Shown piece after piece: positions 1 to 11,840 of a stretch of DNA of 64,000 nucleotides. Below the pieces are notes generated by a model. That model ran no database searches. It was not told the DNA's origin and worked only from the letters and a program-made list of their open reading frames with translations. The position numbers and the translations under genes are program-made. Source of the DNA: Chlorokybus atmophyticus (taxonomy: Eukaryota; Plantae; Mesostigma and Chlorokybus algae); the NCBI GenBank assembly GCA_009103225.1, contig RHPI01003788.1, forward strand, positions 88,839 to 152,838, given 5' to 3'. Position 1 is the stretch's first letter. The number at the start of each line of letters is the position of its first letter.

Positions 1-1540
1 GGGGCGGGCAAAAATGGTACAAGTATGGTCGTAATGAAGCAGAGAATCATTACATGTTCGCTTGATAATTAATATGACATTCAAGCACATCGAGTTGTAT
101 CGAGATGAATGCTAATGAATGCTAATGTTCGTGCTGTTGATAGCAATTCGACATTGCACTACATGACATTAAGAGTGCAAAATGCCATACATATTGCTTT
201 TTGGATATTTACAAAATGTCCATGCATTCATGAATCATCACATTTATAATAAATGACTTCAGTGCCGGTACCATAACTCGTTCTGCTGTCACTTATGGCT
301 TGAAACACACACTATAATACGAGATGGCCTTTATTGTACCACAGCTTTAAGCATGCAACATAGTGTAGTTACGCGCTTGAAGCTAAAAAATCTTTTTAAA
401 GAATAGATGATAGGTGCGCTGCGTGTACGCTGGTTGAGCTGAACTTTGAAGTCATGGCTATATGCTATTAGTTACTTTACCACGATCACAAGATTATCTC
501 AACGAGCTTGCCTCTGACCTTATAGGTCACGTATACTCTCAACAACATTGTAAGAGACTACCAATGTCAAGCTTCATAAATAACCCTATGCTATTACACT
601 ACATCACTTGGTGTTGTTTACCCATCTGCAAATGACATAAAATAATAGGCTGCTGTGAGCTTGTTGATGCACATGCCACAATTGGCATCGGAGTATCTTG
701 CAAGTCGGAAGTTTCAATAAGACATTTTATCAAAACTACTTGCCTGCACCATTACATGTTATACATTGTTGATGTCACCAATGCTATCAACACCAGTTAG
801 CCAATTCTGATACCTAAAGTTTTTACATCTGTCAATAACCTATTTAGCCTATCATTCACACACAAATGCGATGAGAACAGCACGCGTAAGAGCGTTTGCA
901 TTACACAATGCAAGGCATGTATAAAGAATGACTTGACTGGCTGTAATGGTTGCCGACAATTAAGGAACCCCTCACATCGTTATGCCACACTCCCGCATGT
1001 CAACGTTTTGACTATTTTCAGAATTGAAAACAAACCAATTTTTCATGTGGAAAACAATAACTAGACAACAACACTTACTAGATTGGGCTGCGCCCCAATT
1101 GTTCTTGCATGAATGAGAATGTGCACACCCTTGGCGAGGTACCTGCTGAGCGTCCCTCGCAGGTACAGTACACAATTCAAACATTTATTAACAGTACGCC
1201 AGCTTCACATGGTATACATGTCCCTGCATTCAGCAAAAAGTGGGGCATTGTGTGCTTGCCTACGCATCAGACAGAATGTGTGTCAGCAGCATGGTAATGG
1301 CGGTCAACGCACAACATACACGACTGCATGCAAGCAAACACACACAGGGCATACCTGAAAGCGCTGTGACACCTCCGCTTGCATCCAGCATATGCAGCAG
1401 CATACATAAACTCAAGCAGCTGTCCTGTCAAGACACAACATAAAGTGTGTCAGCTTCAGCAAGACAACAAGACAACAAGCCAACATCATCACCTCTTGTC
1501 GGGCACACACCTTAACTGTCACACCAGGAAACCATATCTC

Positions 1541-2795
1541 TCATGACTTGGGTATGCGTTTCAGCCCGTGTTTGTCGGTCAACACGCTGCAAGTCTCGGC
1601 GAGTGCGCTGCCGTCGCGAAGGATGCGAAACTGTCCCTCTGCGGTGAGGTCGACGATGGTCGAACCCGCGCGCCCAGAAGCCAGACGGCCGCCATCGAAC
1701 ACGAGAGCGCACTGCGGCCACAAGTCGCGGAACTCGTCGACGGCCACCGTGCTTGGCTGGGAGCTGTGGAGAGAGATGTGTTGTTGTGTGTGCATGTCGG
1801 AAAGGCTTTGGTTTGTGTGAATGCACGATTGATGGCGGCAGACCTACGTGCTGCAGCATGTGCGAGTGGTATGCTGTGCGCGCGCGCTTGTGTGTGCTTG
1901 TGTTTCCATGTGCGTCACGGCGTGTGCATGCGCCACACATGAGTGTCTAAGAGTGTGTACGGGTACATGCGCTTGCGCCTGAGCGTGCCAGCAAGAGCGA
2001 GCGCACACCTGTGCACACATGTGGACGCACGAGCGTGTGCATGTATGTGTGGGCGCGTGTATAGGTGGGTGTACATGCCTGCATGCGCAAATATGCATGC
2101 TTGTGATTGACGATTGACACAGCAGCGCGTGCGCACACAGCAGTGTAAACAGGACAATGCACAACGAGTCAGAGAAGACAACACGCCAACAACACGTAAC
2201 CACACACACGTTCCCACCTAAAGTTTGCGCTTGTGAGTGCAATGGGTCCATCCAGCTGCCTGGCAACCTCCCTAACAAACTCAGCGTCCGGCACTCTCAC
2301 TCCAATGGCTTCCAGGCCAGGGTTGAGCTGGGCAGCTAGCTTGCCGCCTCTATCATCGCTGTGTCGACGTGGCAGCACCAGCGTGACTGGGCCAGGGAGG
2401 AGGTCGGCGAGGAGGCCGGCGGGGAGGTGGGCCACCTCCGCCACGTCGACTACGGCCGAGGAGGAGGCGACGGAGACGGCCAGGGGGTTACCTCTGTCAC
2501 GGCCCTTGATGGCGTAGAGACGGGCGATGCCGGCGGAGGAGGAGGCGGAGGCGGCGAGGCCGTAGAGGGTGTCCGTGGGCAAAGCGACGACGTCGCCACG
2601 AGCAAGAGCCGCCGCCGCCGCTGACGCCGCAGCACGACCCTCCGCAGGCAGCACCTTCCCCGCCGCCGCCGCAGCAGCCATGCAACACCGAGCGGCCGCC
2701 CTCCTGGCCCTCGCCGGCACCCTGAAGGCTGACAAGGAGGAGGGCAACGATGACAACCAGGAGGAGGAAGGCGACAACGACACCGCCGCCCACAT
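1541..2795 (-). CDS. YRDC: YrdC/Sua5 threonylcarbamoyl-AMP synthase with probable organellar transit peptide; exons 2795-2218 and 1763-1541 (266 aa)
   Basis: Sua5/YrdC motifs VALPTDTLYGLA, RLYAIKGR..NPLAV, LLPGPVTLVL, IGVRVPD, ALTSAN, then STIVDLT..FRILRDG in exon 2. GT-AG intron (TTTAG|GTGGGA ... CCACAG|C) keeps frame; spliced length 801 nt. The Ser/Ala/Arg-rich N-terminus suggests targeting; the start codon could instead be 2852. Confidence 0.93.
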
Positions 2796-2912
2796 GTAGA
2801 TTCCCAGCCCTAATGCGGATTTGTGTGGCCACAACGGCGGCATCGAAGACATTGCGGGCGAGGCGGCGGCGGCGGCGGTGAGGGCGGCGGGGTTGGTGTA
2901 GTCGTCGTCGTC
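2796..2912. promoter_or_regulatory. Very short GC-rich intergenic region between divergent YRDC and SEP5-like genes (putative bidirectional promoter / overlapping 5' UTRs)
   Basis: Only about 117 bp separate the two inferred start codons (2795 minus, 2913 plus). Confidence 0.5.
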
Positions 2913-4502
2913 ATGGCCACGGGGATGTGCTGCGCCGTGGTGGCACCGGCCGCGGCAGTGGCATTGAGACTACCGGCGAGGCGAAGCAGGGTGTCGCCCT
3001 CCTCCTCCTCCTCCTCCTCGTCGTCGTCCAGGCGGCGGCATGGATCGTCGACCGTGCGTCCTGCCCGTGCCATGGCTGCTGAGGAGAGCACCTCCGTCGC
3101 CGACAACGAGGCCGGCGGCGACGACGAGGACTTCGAGGCCAGGCTGCAGCGCCTCTCTGGCCGCACGGGAAGCGGCAAGGGAAAGAAGGCGGAGAAGCGC
3201 AAAGGCGCGGCTGGGGACGATAGCTACGTCGGCGCCAACCCAGCAGGCAGCGCCTCATCTACCGCCGGACCACCCATGACAAGCTTCATTGGTAGACACT
3301 TGATTGATTGTTTAGTTGTGTACTGTTCACGCGCTCGGTGGTTTCTTGCTTGCATTGTCGTTCACTTCTGTAGGATTGTTTGATGTGTTTTGTGTGCACC
3401 ACCTAGTTGCTGCGATTGTGCAGGCTTTGAGGGGTGTTGAGCTTGTGCGTTGGTTTGTGCATTGTTTGTGAGTAGAAGTGCGCTGCACACTGTTGGTGGC
3501 GGGTTACTGCTTTGTATAGATGAGAAGCATCACAGCGAGATGTATTTCATCAGGCATTGTGACATGTGCACTTTTTCATGTTCTATGTGTGTGTGTGCGC
3601 GCAGACTCAATTCCAAACCCGCTGAAGCTGGAGCCGCCAACGACGAAGGATGGCCTTCCAGGTGAGTCAAATTGCAATTGTTGGTTTACTCACCATACTG
3701 GTTCCCTAAACCATGCACTGGCGCGTATAAGTGGTCAATCAGCCAGTCGGTCACTCAGCAATAGTAATTGTGTGCGTGCATTCGTGCATACAGTCTCTTA
3801 CGCATGGATTACGTTCATTGATTCGCTTATCGATGTATTCATGCCCTCATTCGTAAAACAGTACTTGTACATTGTTATGTTTGATCACACTCTCGTGCCC
3901 ACAGTCACGCACTCATTCACTTGTATATATATATATATAAACACATATATATCATGTGTCCACCAACTCTGTCCCACACAATGTCCAGTGTCCTAACAAT
4001 GTCCACCAACTCAGTCACTCAGTCGTGCAGTCATTCACTGACAACAGTTGCATAATGGCGTGATTAATATGAACCTTATGCGACATTGCTTCTTTCTGCA
4101 GTTGAGCTCGGCTTCAACGCACTCTCGGAGCGCCTGAATGGGCGTTTTGCAATGGTAAGCAAGCATTGCTCTTAGCGTGCATGGTTATACGATGACGCCA
4201 TTTGTCTCACACACTCACACATGCATATGCCTTCAGGTCGGGCTTGCAGCTGTCATTCTTATCGAGCTGTTCACCGGTGATACCGTGTCTCAGTTGCATC
4301 CAGCTGGCACACTCGCAGCACAGGTACTTCTAACCATAATACCACATTGTTAATAACCGAAGAATGTTGGTCATGTCCCTTGCATGAGGGTGTGAGTGCT
4401 TTTGGTCTCATTACCTGATGACAGGTGTACCTCATCTTGGGTGGAGGTACTATTATGGTCAAGCTGCAGAGGGAGCGCACTGCCGTCTGGCCCAAGGATT
4501 AG
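2913..4502 (+). CDS. SEP5: LHC-like (Lil) stress-enhanced protein, SEP5/At4g28025-like; exons 2913-3291, 3605-3661, 4102-4154, 4237-4323, 4425-4502 (217 aa)
   Basis: All four introns are GT-AG and phase-compatible (654 nt total). The spliced product has a transit peptide, EDFEARL..GSGKGKKAEKRK, and the LHC motif VELGFNALSERLNGRFAMVGLAAVILIEL followed by QVYLILGG..VKLQRERTAVWPKD. This layout matches the plant SEP5-type two-helix protein as I recall it; the symbol is less certain than the family. Confidence 0.85.
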
Positions 4503-5055
4503 ATACATGGTTTTTGAGTCACTCTAAGTTAGTAGTGCAACTCTTCTGCTCACGCACTCGTTACGCCATCTCCTACGTAGGGTACTACTTACCTGAGACA
4601 TGTACTACTGCAGTGAGTGCATCACTCACATACGCATGTTTGCGTATTTGCGTTCTATGCTATATGCATCGCCGGAAGCTGTAAAACATGTGCCCAGGCT
4701 CTGCTCTTGCAATAATGGCTGTGGTTGCTGCCAATTGTTTGCGGTGATGTACTACGCATTCCTCATCGCAGCATCCCTTGTGCAATCCAGTGCCAGCAAT
4801 CCATCAGTATGCCATGCTCTATATGTACACCACAGCACACCCACTTAGCCAACAATACGTGTCGCTTCTGTTGGACGACCACAAGCTGTGTCTCAGTCTG
4901 CTTATCAGTCTTGCTCATGCAAAGGTCCCTGTTAAAAATCGTACACTACTAACAGCAAAATCGTCACACCAAGCTATGCACTGTCATCCCTGCCTATCAT
5001 TGCACAAGCGTACTCACACGCATGTCAGCGGCATGCAAGCACGCCTACACAACTA

Positions 5056-5385
5056 CACTGCCGCAGCTGCCAGCACAGCGTCCGCCGTTGGCGCCGCCGT
5101 CTGGACCGGACCCCAGCCTGGTACTGCCGCCCCCCGCTCCAGGATGGTGATGCCCTGGGCGCGCTGCAGCGCGCAAGACACGCGCTGCCGGTACAGAGCC
5201 AAGTAGCCCGATAGCCTGCGCAATGGCAGGTCACGTGCAGCCAGTGCCCTCCTAGCGCATGTGTCGATGACGTCGTGAAAACTCTGGCCCAGGGTGCCGT
5301 GCGTGTCGGCGGCGAGGGGATGGAATGTGTCGGCGGCGGGGTGATCGTGGCATTTCCGCCGCTTCGCCTGCTCCGCTGCGCCCTG
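5056..5385 (-). mobile_element. 5'-truncated non-LTR retrotransposon remnant encoding the C-terminal restriction-like endonuclease (RLE) region (CRE/NeSL/R2-type)
   Basis: Translation AAEQAKRRKCHDHPAADTFHPLAADTHGTLG..RRALAA..YRQRVSCALQRAQGITIL follows the typical RLE C-terminus pattern (AE..K..KY..F.P.A.ET.G..G..RQR.S.ALQR). Confidence 0.65.
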
Positions 5386-6040
5386 TACCTGATAATGCAC
5401 ACTTCACAACACAGCCGTGGTGCAGGTAACAAGGGCTGCACATGCATAGTCCACTGGTCAAGTCCTGGTCAGTCGGATTTAACCTCTTCCTCCGCCACTC
5501 CTGTGCTTCGCAGGTAGCTAAGCTGCTGCTCCTTGTTCTTGCTCAAGCTATCCACCTTTGCACATACCATTGCACGCACATAGGGTCCAGCCCCCCATAG
5601 TGTAGTTGTGTCCGTTGTGCTTGGTTGTGCGGGTTTGTGCTTGGCTTGTGGCCGTTTGATCAGTTTTGCTGTGCGGTGTGATGCTATGCCTTGTCTACTA
5701 ATGGCCCCAAATGCTCTACCATATGCATAGCGCCCCCGATTCTGGTGCAGTAAGCAGCGCGCGAATGAGCGGCTCAACTCCCATCACCGGGTGCCCACCC
5801 TAAGTACATGTACTGGGGTGTGTCCGTCTTGTCGGTGTCATTCTTGGGTTTTGCGTGTGTTTGCGGTGTGCATATGCAAGGTTAATTTCCATTTGTGAGC
5901 GCGTTTATTGGGGGCTGTACCTACTGCGCACTAGTCACGTTGGCCACGTAGTTGCATCCACATAGTGGCTGCCACCTCTGCGGCGCCATTGGAGCTGGAG
6001 ATGGAGATGGAACTGGAGATGGAGTTGGCAGTGGACGAGA

Positions 6041-6430
6041 CGCACATATGACTGGAAGGCGGTGGAGAAGCATGTCTCCAGAGCCCATCACCAACTGCCG
6101 TTGGCTATCTCACAAAAAATCAGGAAGAAGCGTGCAGAGTTGTTGGGTTTGGTTGACAAGCTGAGTCCCACTAAGAGCACGCATGTCTTCTTTGTGATGT
6201 ACATGTTGAACGGTAGTAGAAATGCCTATGTTGGTCTCACTAGCCACTGCTTTTTACCGTTTCAAGCAGCACATGCAGATGTCAACCCATGCAAGAGCAA
6301 CCCCGCTTGAGCTGCTGATGGGAAGGACGGGTGTATGGGCGTGGGGCATCACGCCTGTGGAGTTTGTTCCATTCACGCCATTTGCGGTCAATGTAGCAGG
6401 GCGCACAGTGTGCAGCTCAAGTGCAGCTCT
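6041..6430 (+). pseudogene. Frameshifted GIY-YIG endonuclease-like fragment (possible Penelope-like element remnant)
   Basis: Joining ORF 6062..6310 to ORF 6222..6443 across a +1 shift near 6250 gives VFFVMYMLNGSRNAYVGLTS-x-TAFYRFKQHMQ...LELLMGRTGVWAWGITPVEFV, which has the YVG.T, R..QH and G...W.I.P.E pattern. The C-terminal catalytic Glu helix is not seen. Confidence 0.45.
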
Positions 6431-8350
6431 ATGCTCCAGGTAAGGGACCCACGACAATGCCCGGTAATCTGTCAAGTGGTTTGACTTCCATGTCGCGGTA
6501 AGGAGGTCTGACAAAATTGAGGCCTTGACGGACTGCATCTGTCCAATGCTCCATGTACTCATTGCATGCACCGCTGAAAGGACTCACGTACTCGTGATGA
6601 TGATCATCACCCAAGTCCTTCCAATGAGCGAAGTACAACTGTGTGGCCCAACTGTCACGAGGACTTTGCGCGGATAATTCTGCCGTGCACAAGACACAGA
6701 GATTATCAACGTATGTATGAATGCATGCGTGTGTTCGTGCGCGCGTGCATGCGTAGGTGACACAACGGCAAGGGCACAATGTGGCATCCGTTTGAGAGTG
6801 CACTGGAGCATGTTTATAACATTCCATAAACATGCTCCAACTCAACGCGTGCATGTGCATGTCGCGCACTGCAGATACACACAGGCACCTTACATGGTAT
6901 ACAAGGTGCCTGTGTATATCTGGTCGTGCGTGCGTTCTCAGCTTTATGCCAACAGAGAAGCATTGTCGTACGCTGCGATTGAAAAGCCAAACGAACGCTG
7001 CTCCGTGCGTTTGCTCGGGGATCCCATGAACACAATCACCGAGGCATCGTCAAGCTCTCGCACTTCATGTAACTTTGCTCTCACACCCAAGAGCCGTGCG
7101 ATCCCAACTGCCATGATCTGCTGGCTGTAGTCAAGGTAATTGTGTATCATATTGTCATCGGAGTGACTGAACAGCAGTGCCTAGTCTTGCTTCCTCAACT
7201 CGGTTGTACGTTTGTTAGCATATGGTCCTGCACCCAACATGTCTTTCCCGCGCAGAGCGTAGCGCACGACAATGCTGGCCTGCTCCTTGCTGCCAGCTGG
7301 CACACAGTCGCATACCCGCTGAATCAAATTGATGTTGAGATTGGGCTCGAGCTTGCACGGGAACAACACGGCCGAGACTAAGTTACCAGCTGGAGGATGC
7401 CACAAGCGTAAATGCTTGCCCGCCCCTGCATGAGGCGTATCCTTTGACAGGAACCGCTTGTTAATAATAGCATATTGGCTTTGCATTTAACAAGCAGAAA
7501 GCGGTGAATGATTCTCAAGCAACATCTAGAATTTGCACTGATTGGGCGTCCAGACTTGCCTGGATCTGTTCAAAGTTTTGCTCTTGTTTGCAATTGACTG
7601 GAACGAGTGCATGTTGGTCTGTGCTGGACCCGCTGCTGTCACTGAAGTCGTCGCCTACAAGCAGCAACAGTCGTCAATCAGTGCACGTGAGGCAAGCATG
7701 GCTATACATGTTCTCACGCGCATGCACGCACACACACACACGCTCGCCTGCGCAACAGTCTGCAGTGACACCATGGGTAACAATATGCGATAGTAGTTGG
7801 CTGTGCACAAGTGTTATGCAAGCGACAAAACGGAAAATATGGCATTTCATCCGACGTACTGCTTCGTACTTTGCAAATTAGCGCAAACTGGGCGCAACTG
7901 TCGCAGCTGAGTCTCGAGTTGGGATCCGTGCAAACAGACTGTCAGCTGCCCATGAACTTGGACACTGTGTCACAAACATAGGGTCAAAACTGTGGTAACA
8001 GCTGACAAAAGACGACAGTTCTGGCAACTCTAATCACAATACAATACACATGCGTCTGGCACTTTAACCATGTGACATGCTTTTGCGGCTACTGCCTGTG
8101 CCACAGACAGCGCAAGCGATTGCTTGCAAGAGCGCAACCACTTGGTGACAATGCATGTTGGGCTGTGTGTTGACAGCCGCCTGCGCATTGCAGTTTCGCT
8201 TCAGCCGAGACGGCTTCACTGACATGCGCGAAAGCATGCTGCCGCTTTGTGTGCTCGTCTGCTTACCTGAGTCCAACTGCTGTTAGCACCTCAGCTGTAA
8301 CAACTTCCATGGGTTGAGCGACACGTCAAAGAGTCCTGCTATTGATGTGC
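6429..8350 (-). pseudogene. Family-1 copy A (frameshifted core)
   Basis: Core LWHPPAG..PCKLEPNLN..QRVCDCVP ends at a stop near 7181 and resumes in another frame (AVGIARLLG..FMGSP). Last exon EHWTDAVRQGL..LDRLPG. Upstream exon blocks are recognisable at 7560-8290. Confidence 0.8.
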
Positions 8351-9279
8351 AATTAGCTGATAAATCTGAAACAAAAACACCAAAAGAAGCAGGAAAAGGC
8401 TGAGGCAAAGCATGCGACGTGATCTGGCAGCTGTCAGCCTGATTCTTGCACGGACAAACTGTGCTGTCAACAGCAAAGCTAGTCGCAATGCAGCACAACA
8501 GTAATGTACAAGCAGCAAATCTGGCAAGTAAGTAACTTCTATGCATCAATCAGTGCCACGTGGTTGGCAACAGTGGGTTGTGAGCCATGATATCAATCAA
8601 TTCATTAGCCCCAACCAAGAGGCTCTCCTGACCAGCGATGTTGTAGCCGTGCTTTGGGCAAGCATTTGTACGACTGGGATAGTTTCCCACCTCAGGCAGG
8701 CTACCACATGCATATACCAGCAGCAACTAACCACAAAGCAGCCCACGCCAAGCTGAACATGGTAGCTTTTGGTACAATGTAGCCATATGGCCACAACCAC
8801 AAGTGCATGTCACGCACGTTGCAGTGTTTATATGGTGCAATTGTGGTCATGCACACACAATCTGTGGCAAGTTGCAGGCAGCAGACTACGCAGTGACAAT
8901 CTGTCAGCACTTGCTGAGCATTCATGTTACGTATATGCTGCTAATGGACCTAATTAGACACAGACGGCGCACACAGGCTGCATGATGGTCTATGAGCATG
9001 CACTTTCATACCCAGCCTAACATTGGCTCGGCACACTTCGCTGCAACTGGCTGCTTCAGAAGTGACCAAGAACCACTGGCTACCCAAACTATTCCGGTCA
9101 TTCTCTTAAGCATACCTCAGTCAGTGCAAGTCAGCATAGCAAGCTTCTGCTTTGCTGAACCGCAATGTCTAGTTTTGATTCTGTCCCTTCCTCGTCCTCC
9201 GGATTCGCCGCCGCCGCCGCCGCCGCCCGCCTCCACGCCCGCAGTTGCCACAGCTTGCTGCTCTGCACAAGACCCTTCT

Positions 9280-9470
9280 CACCGATATCGCGGGAGGCAT
9301 AGATGTCAATCTGTGTCGCCCCCTATCAAGCAGACACAATCGTTAGCAAGCTGCGTCTATATCCGCTCTCTCAGCGTTGCTGCTTATCAGCAAAACAGCT
9401 GCTGCTGCTGCTTGACGCTGCGCTTGTTGCTGCGCTGGTCGCTGGTGGCGTCGGCGGGCAGGATGTCTTC
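9280..9470 (+). repeat. Shared GC-rich central element between divergent copies A and B
   Basis: Motif gctgcgcttgttgctgcgctggtcgctggtggcgtcggcgggcagg plus a GATATC box; recurs across the array. Confidence 0.75.
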
Positions 9471-10061
9471 AGCTAAAGCCGAGAGTGAGTGTGCCCTGTC
9501 TTGTAGTAAGGTTTCTTAGAAAGCACCTGCGAGGTGGCAGGCGCTGCGGAAAGCGTTTACCGGGGAGCTGCGGCTTGGCGTGCGAGGAACGTGGCTAGCA
9601 GGCTACCAGCAGGCGCAGGGCAAGTAAGTTTGCGTTTAATCCAGCTGTGAGCTACTAAAGCAGCACAAGATGTGCAGAAATACTGGCTGTGGCTGACAAG
9701 CATGCTTGTGTTATTATGTATTGCTCTTCGTGTGATAGATGTTGTCTTTGCACACATACCAATGCACAAACGGCACTGCATAATGAGCAATCTATGCGTA
9801 ACTCGCCCTGCTGTGTGCAAACCGAGCTTGTTGGTGCAAGCTTGTGTTGCGCTGACAGCTTTCACATCTTGCAAGCTTTGCCTTAGCCTGTCGCATTTGT
9901 GCTACGGTAGTTGTGACAATGCTTCATACCAGCAGGACTTCAAGTGGCCACGCTCAAACCATGGACTTTTTTCTTGCTGAGGCGGCAAACGCTTGTGGAT
10001 TCAGGTAAGCCGCACAGGCACACACAAGCACACTGTTGATTAGCACACAGTCAACGTCAGC

Positions 10062-11840
10062 ATGCACTTGCACAGTGCCAGTGAAGTTGTCTTGGCTGAA
10101 GCAAAGCTACAATGCGCAGGCAGCTGTCAACACACCACAGCCGACACACATTGCAATCGAGTGGTTGCACCGTTGCAAGCAGTCACTTCTACCAGCAACC
10201 ACGGAAAAATGTCAGGTGGTGTGAGTGCCAGAAGCGTTTGTGTTTGGCGTCAGCTGTTACAACAAGTTTATGACGTCAAATGTATGTATTACAGTGTGCA
10301 AGTTTATGGGAAGCTGACGGCTTGTTTGCTTGGGACCCGACTCAAGACTCGGCTGCAACAGCTGCGGCTGCTTTCTGGACAACCGCAAAGTACGCAGCAG
10401 TTTGAGCGCACCCCATAGTTGCTTGCTGAATGCTTAAGCCTGGTTTGCAGCGTGCCAGTTACACAGTGGTTGTCATTACACATGCTGTCCTTGCTACACG
10501 TGTGTGGACGCCCACACGTGCTTGTGCGCGCATGCGTGCATGTACCTGTCTGTACGACACACAAGAAGCACAGCTGACCAACGGTGGTTGTCTGTAGTTG
10601 ACGACTCAACCAACAGTAGAAACCAGTACCAGCATGACAAAGACGGCAGCAAGCATAAACAAACCTCCGATCAGAACCAGGTAAGTAGTAGCATGTGCTG
10701 CGCGAGTCAACCAGTGGTTTATCAACCAACAACAGCTTGATCTACAATAAGCAACTTCACTGTCCCCCAAACCGCTTCCGTTCTCTCAGGAGGATGCACG
10801 TAACGAGGGGGCAGAGGCTCCCAAGTGCTTGTGGCAGCTGCCAGCTGGCATCATGTACACCGCCTTGTTGGTCCCATGCAAGCTCGAGCCCGACTTCAAC
10901 ACCAACTTGATCAAGCGGGTCTGTGACTGCGTGCCAACTGGCAGCAAGGAGCAGGTCAACACTGTCGTGCAGTACGCTCTGCGCGTGAAAGACAAATTGG
11001 ACGCAGAACCTCAACCCAACACACGTGCAACCGAATTGAGAAAGCGAAACCAGGCCCTGCTGTTCAGTTTCTCACATGACAACGAGATACGCAACTACCT
11101 TGGTAGCAGGGAACAGGCCATTGCAGTCGGGGTCGCACGGCTCTTGGGTGTGAAAGCGACGATGTATGAAGTGCGAGAGCTAGGCAATGCCCGGACAATT
11201 GTGTTCACGGGATCCCCCGAGCGAGCGCATGCAGCAGCGTACGTGAGTGGCTTTGCAATCACAGCACTCAGCAACGCCGAACGCAACTACAATGGGGTAA
11301 GCTGATTGGTACTCAACACGAAATGTTGGATGTTCTTGGCAGATAGGTCATATGCCACCGACAACTACTCCTGTTTAAATTGCTGAAGTTGAGAACACAT
11401 GTGTGCACACACAGGCGCACACAAATAGACACAGGCACCTTGCATGCATGCAAGGCACATGCACGCATTGAGCAAATCACACTTTCGCACACACGCACAG
11501 ACCCGCATGGTGATTGTACACTGTGTCACATGCGAGCGCATGCATGCACGCACATGAGCACGGATATGTGCAATGAACAATCTCTGTGTCCTATACATGG
11601 CAGACCGGTAAGCGTAAGGTTTTTGTGCCGGTCGGGACCACAGATCTGTACTTTTCTGTCAAGGAGACATGCGATGATTACTTGGAGCAATGGACGGACG
11701 CAGTCTTTCAAGGTCTCAAAATTGTTAGACCTTCCAACCCCAGCATGGAAGTCACATCACTTGACAGACTACCAGGCGCTGCCGTGCCTCCCTACTTGGA
11801 GCATACAGCTGCACTACAAGTCGCCCTTGGCAAACCATAA
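10062..11840 (+). CDS. Family-1 copy B, open spliced frame; exons 10062-10389, 10598-10680, 10790-11296, 11604-11840 (384 aa from ATG 10062; true start may be upstream)
   Basis: Three GT-AG introns with compatible phases (1,0,0), 1155 nt total, no internal stop. A small indel alters only the last residues relative to the consensus ..PPLFGA*. Confidence 0.7.

Noticed and set aside
1-1500. Coding or mobile feature in the AT-richer first 1.5 kb
   Set aside because: Only short non-conserved ORFs; no terminal repeats or splice-consistent exons that I could support.
1800-2210. Many His/Thr/Cys/Val-rich ORFs here and throughout the window
   Set aside because: They are translations of (CA/TG)n and GCAT-rich intronic sequence, not coding.
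5469-5777. 102-aa minus-strand ORF as a separate gene
   Set aside because: No recognisable motif, paralogue or convincing splice context.
10270-10300. Ultra-short (17-35 nt) introns in the family-1 5' exon
   Set aside because: GT..AG pairs recur here in several copies, but B, H and L read through in frame, so splicing is not required and the lengths are implausibly short without transcript evidence.
10295-10400. Conserved peptide GADGLFAWNPTQDSAA seen in several ORF calls
   Set aside because: It is an alternative frame of the KLTACLL..RLKTRL exon; it contains a stop in copy M and gives an incompatible splice phase.
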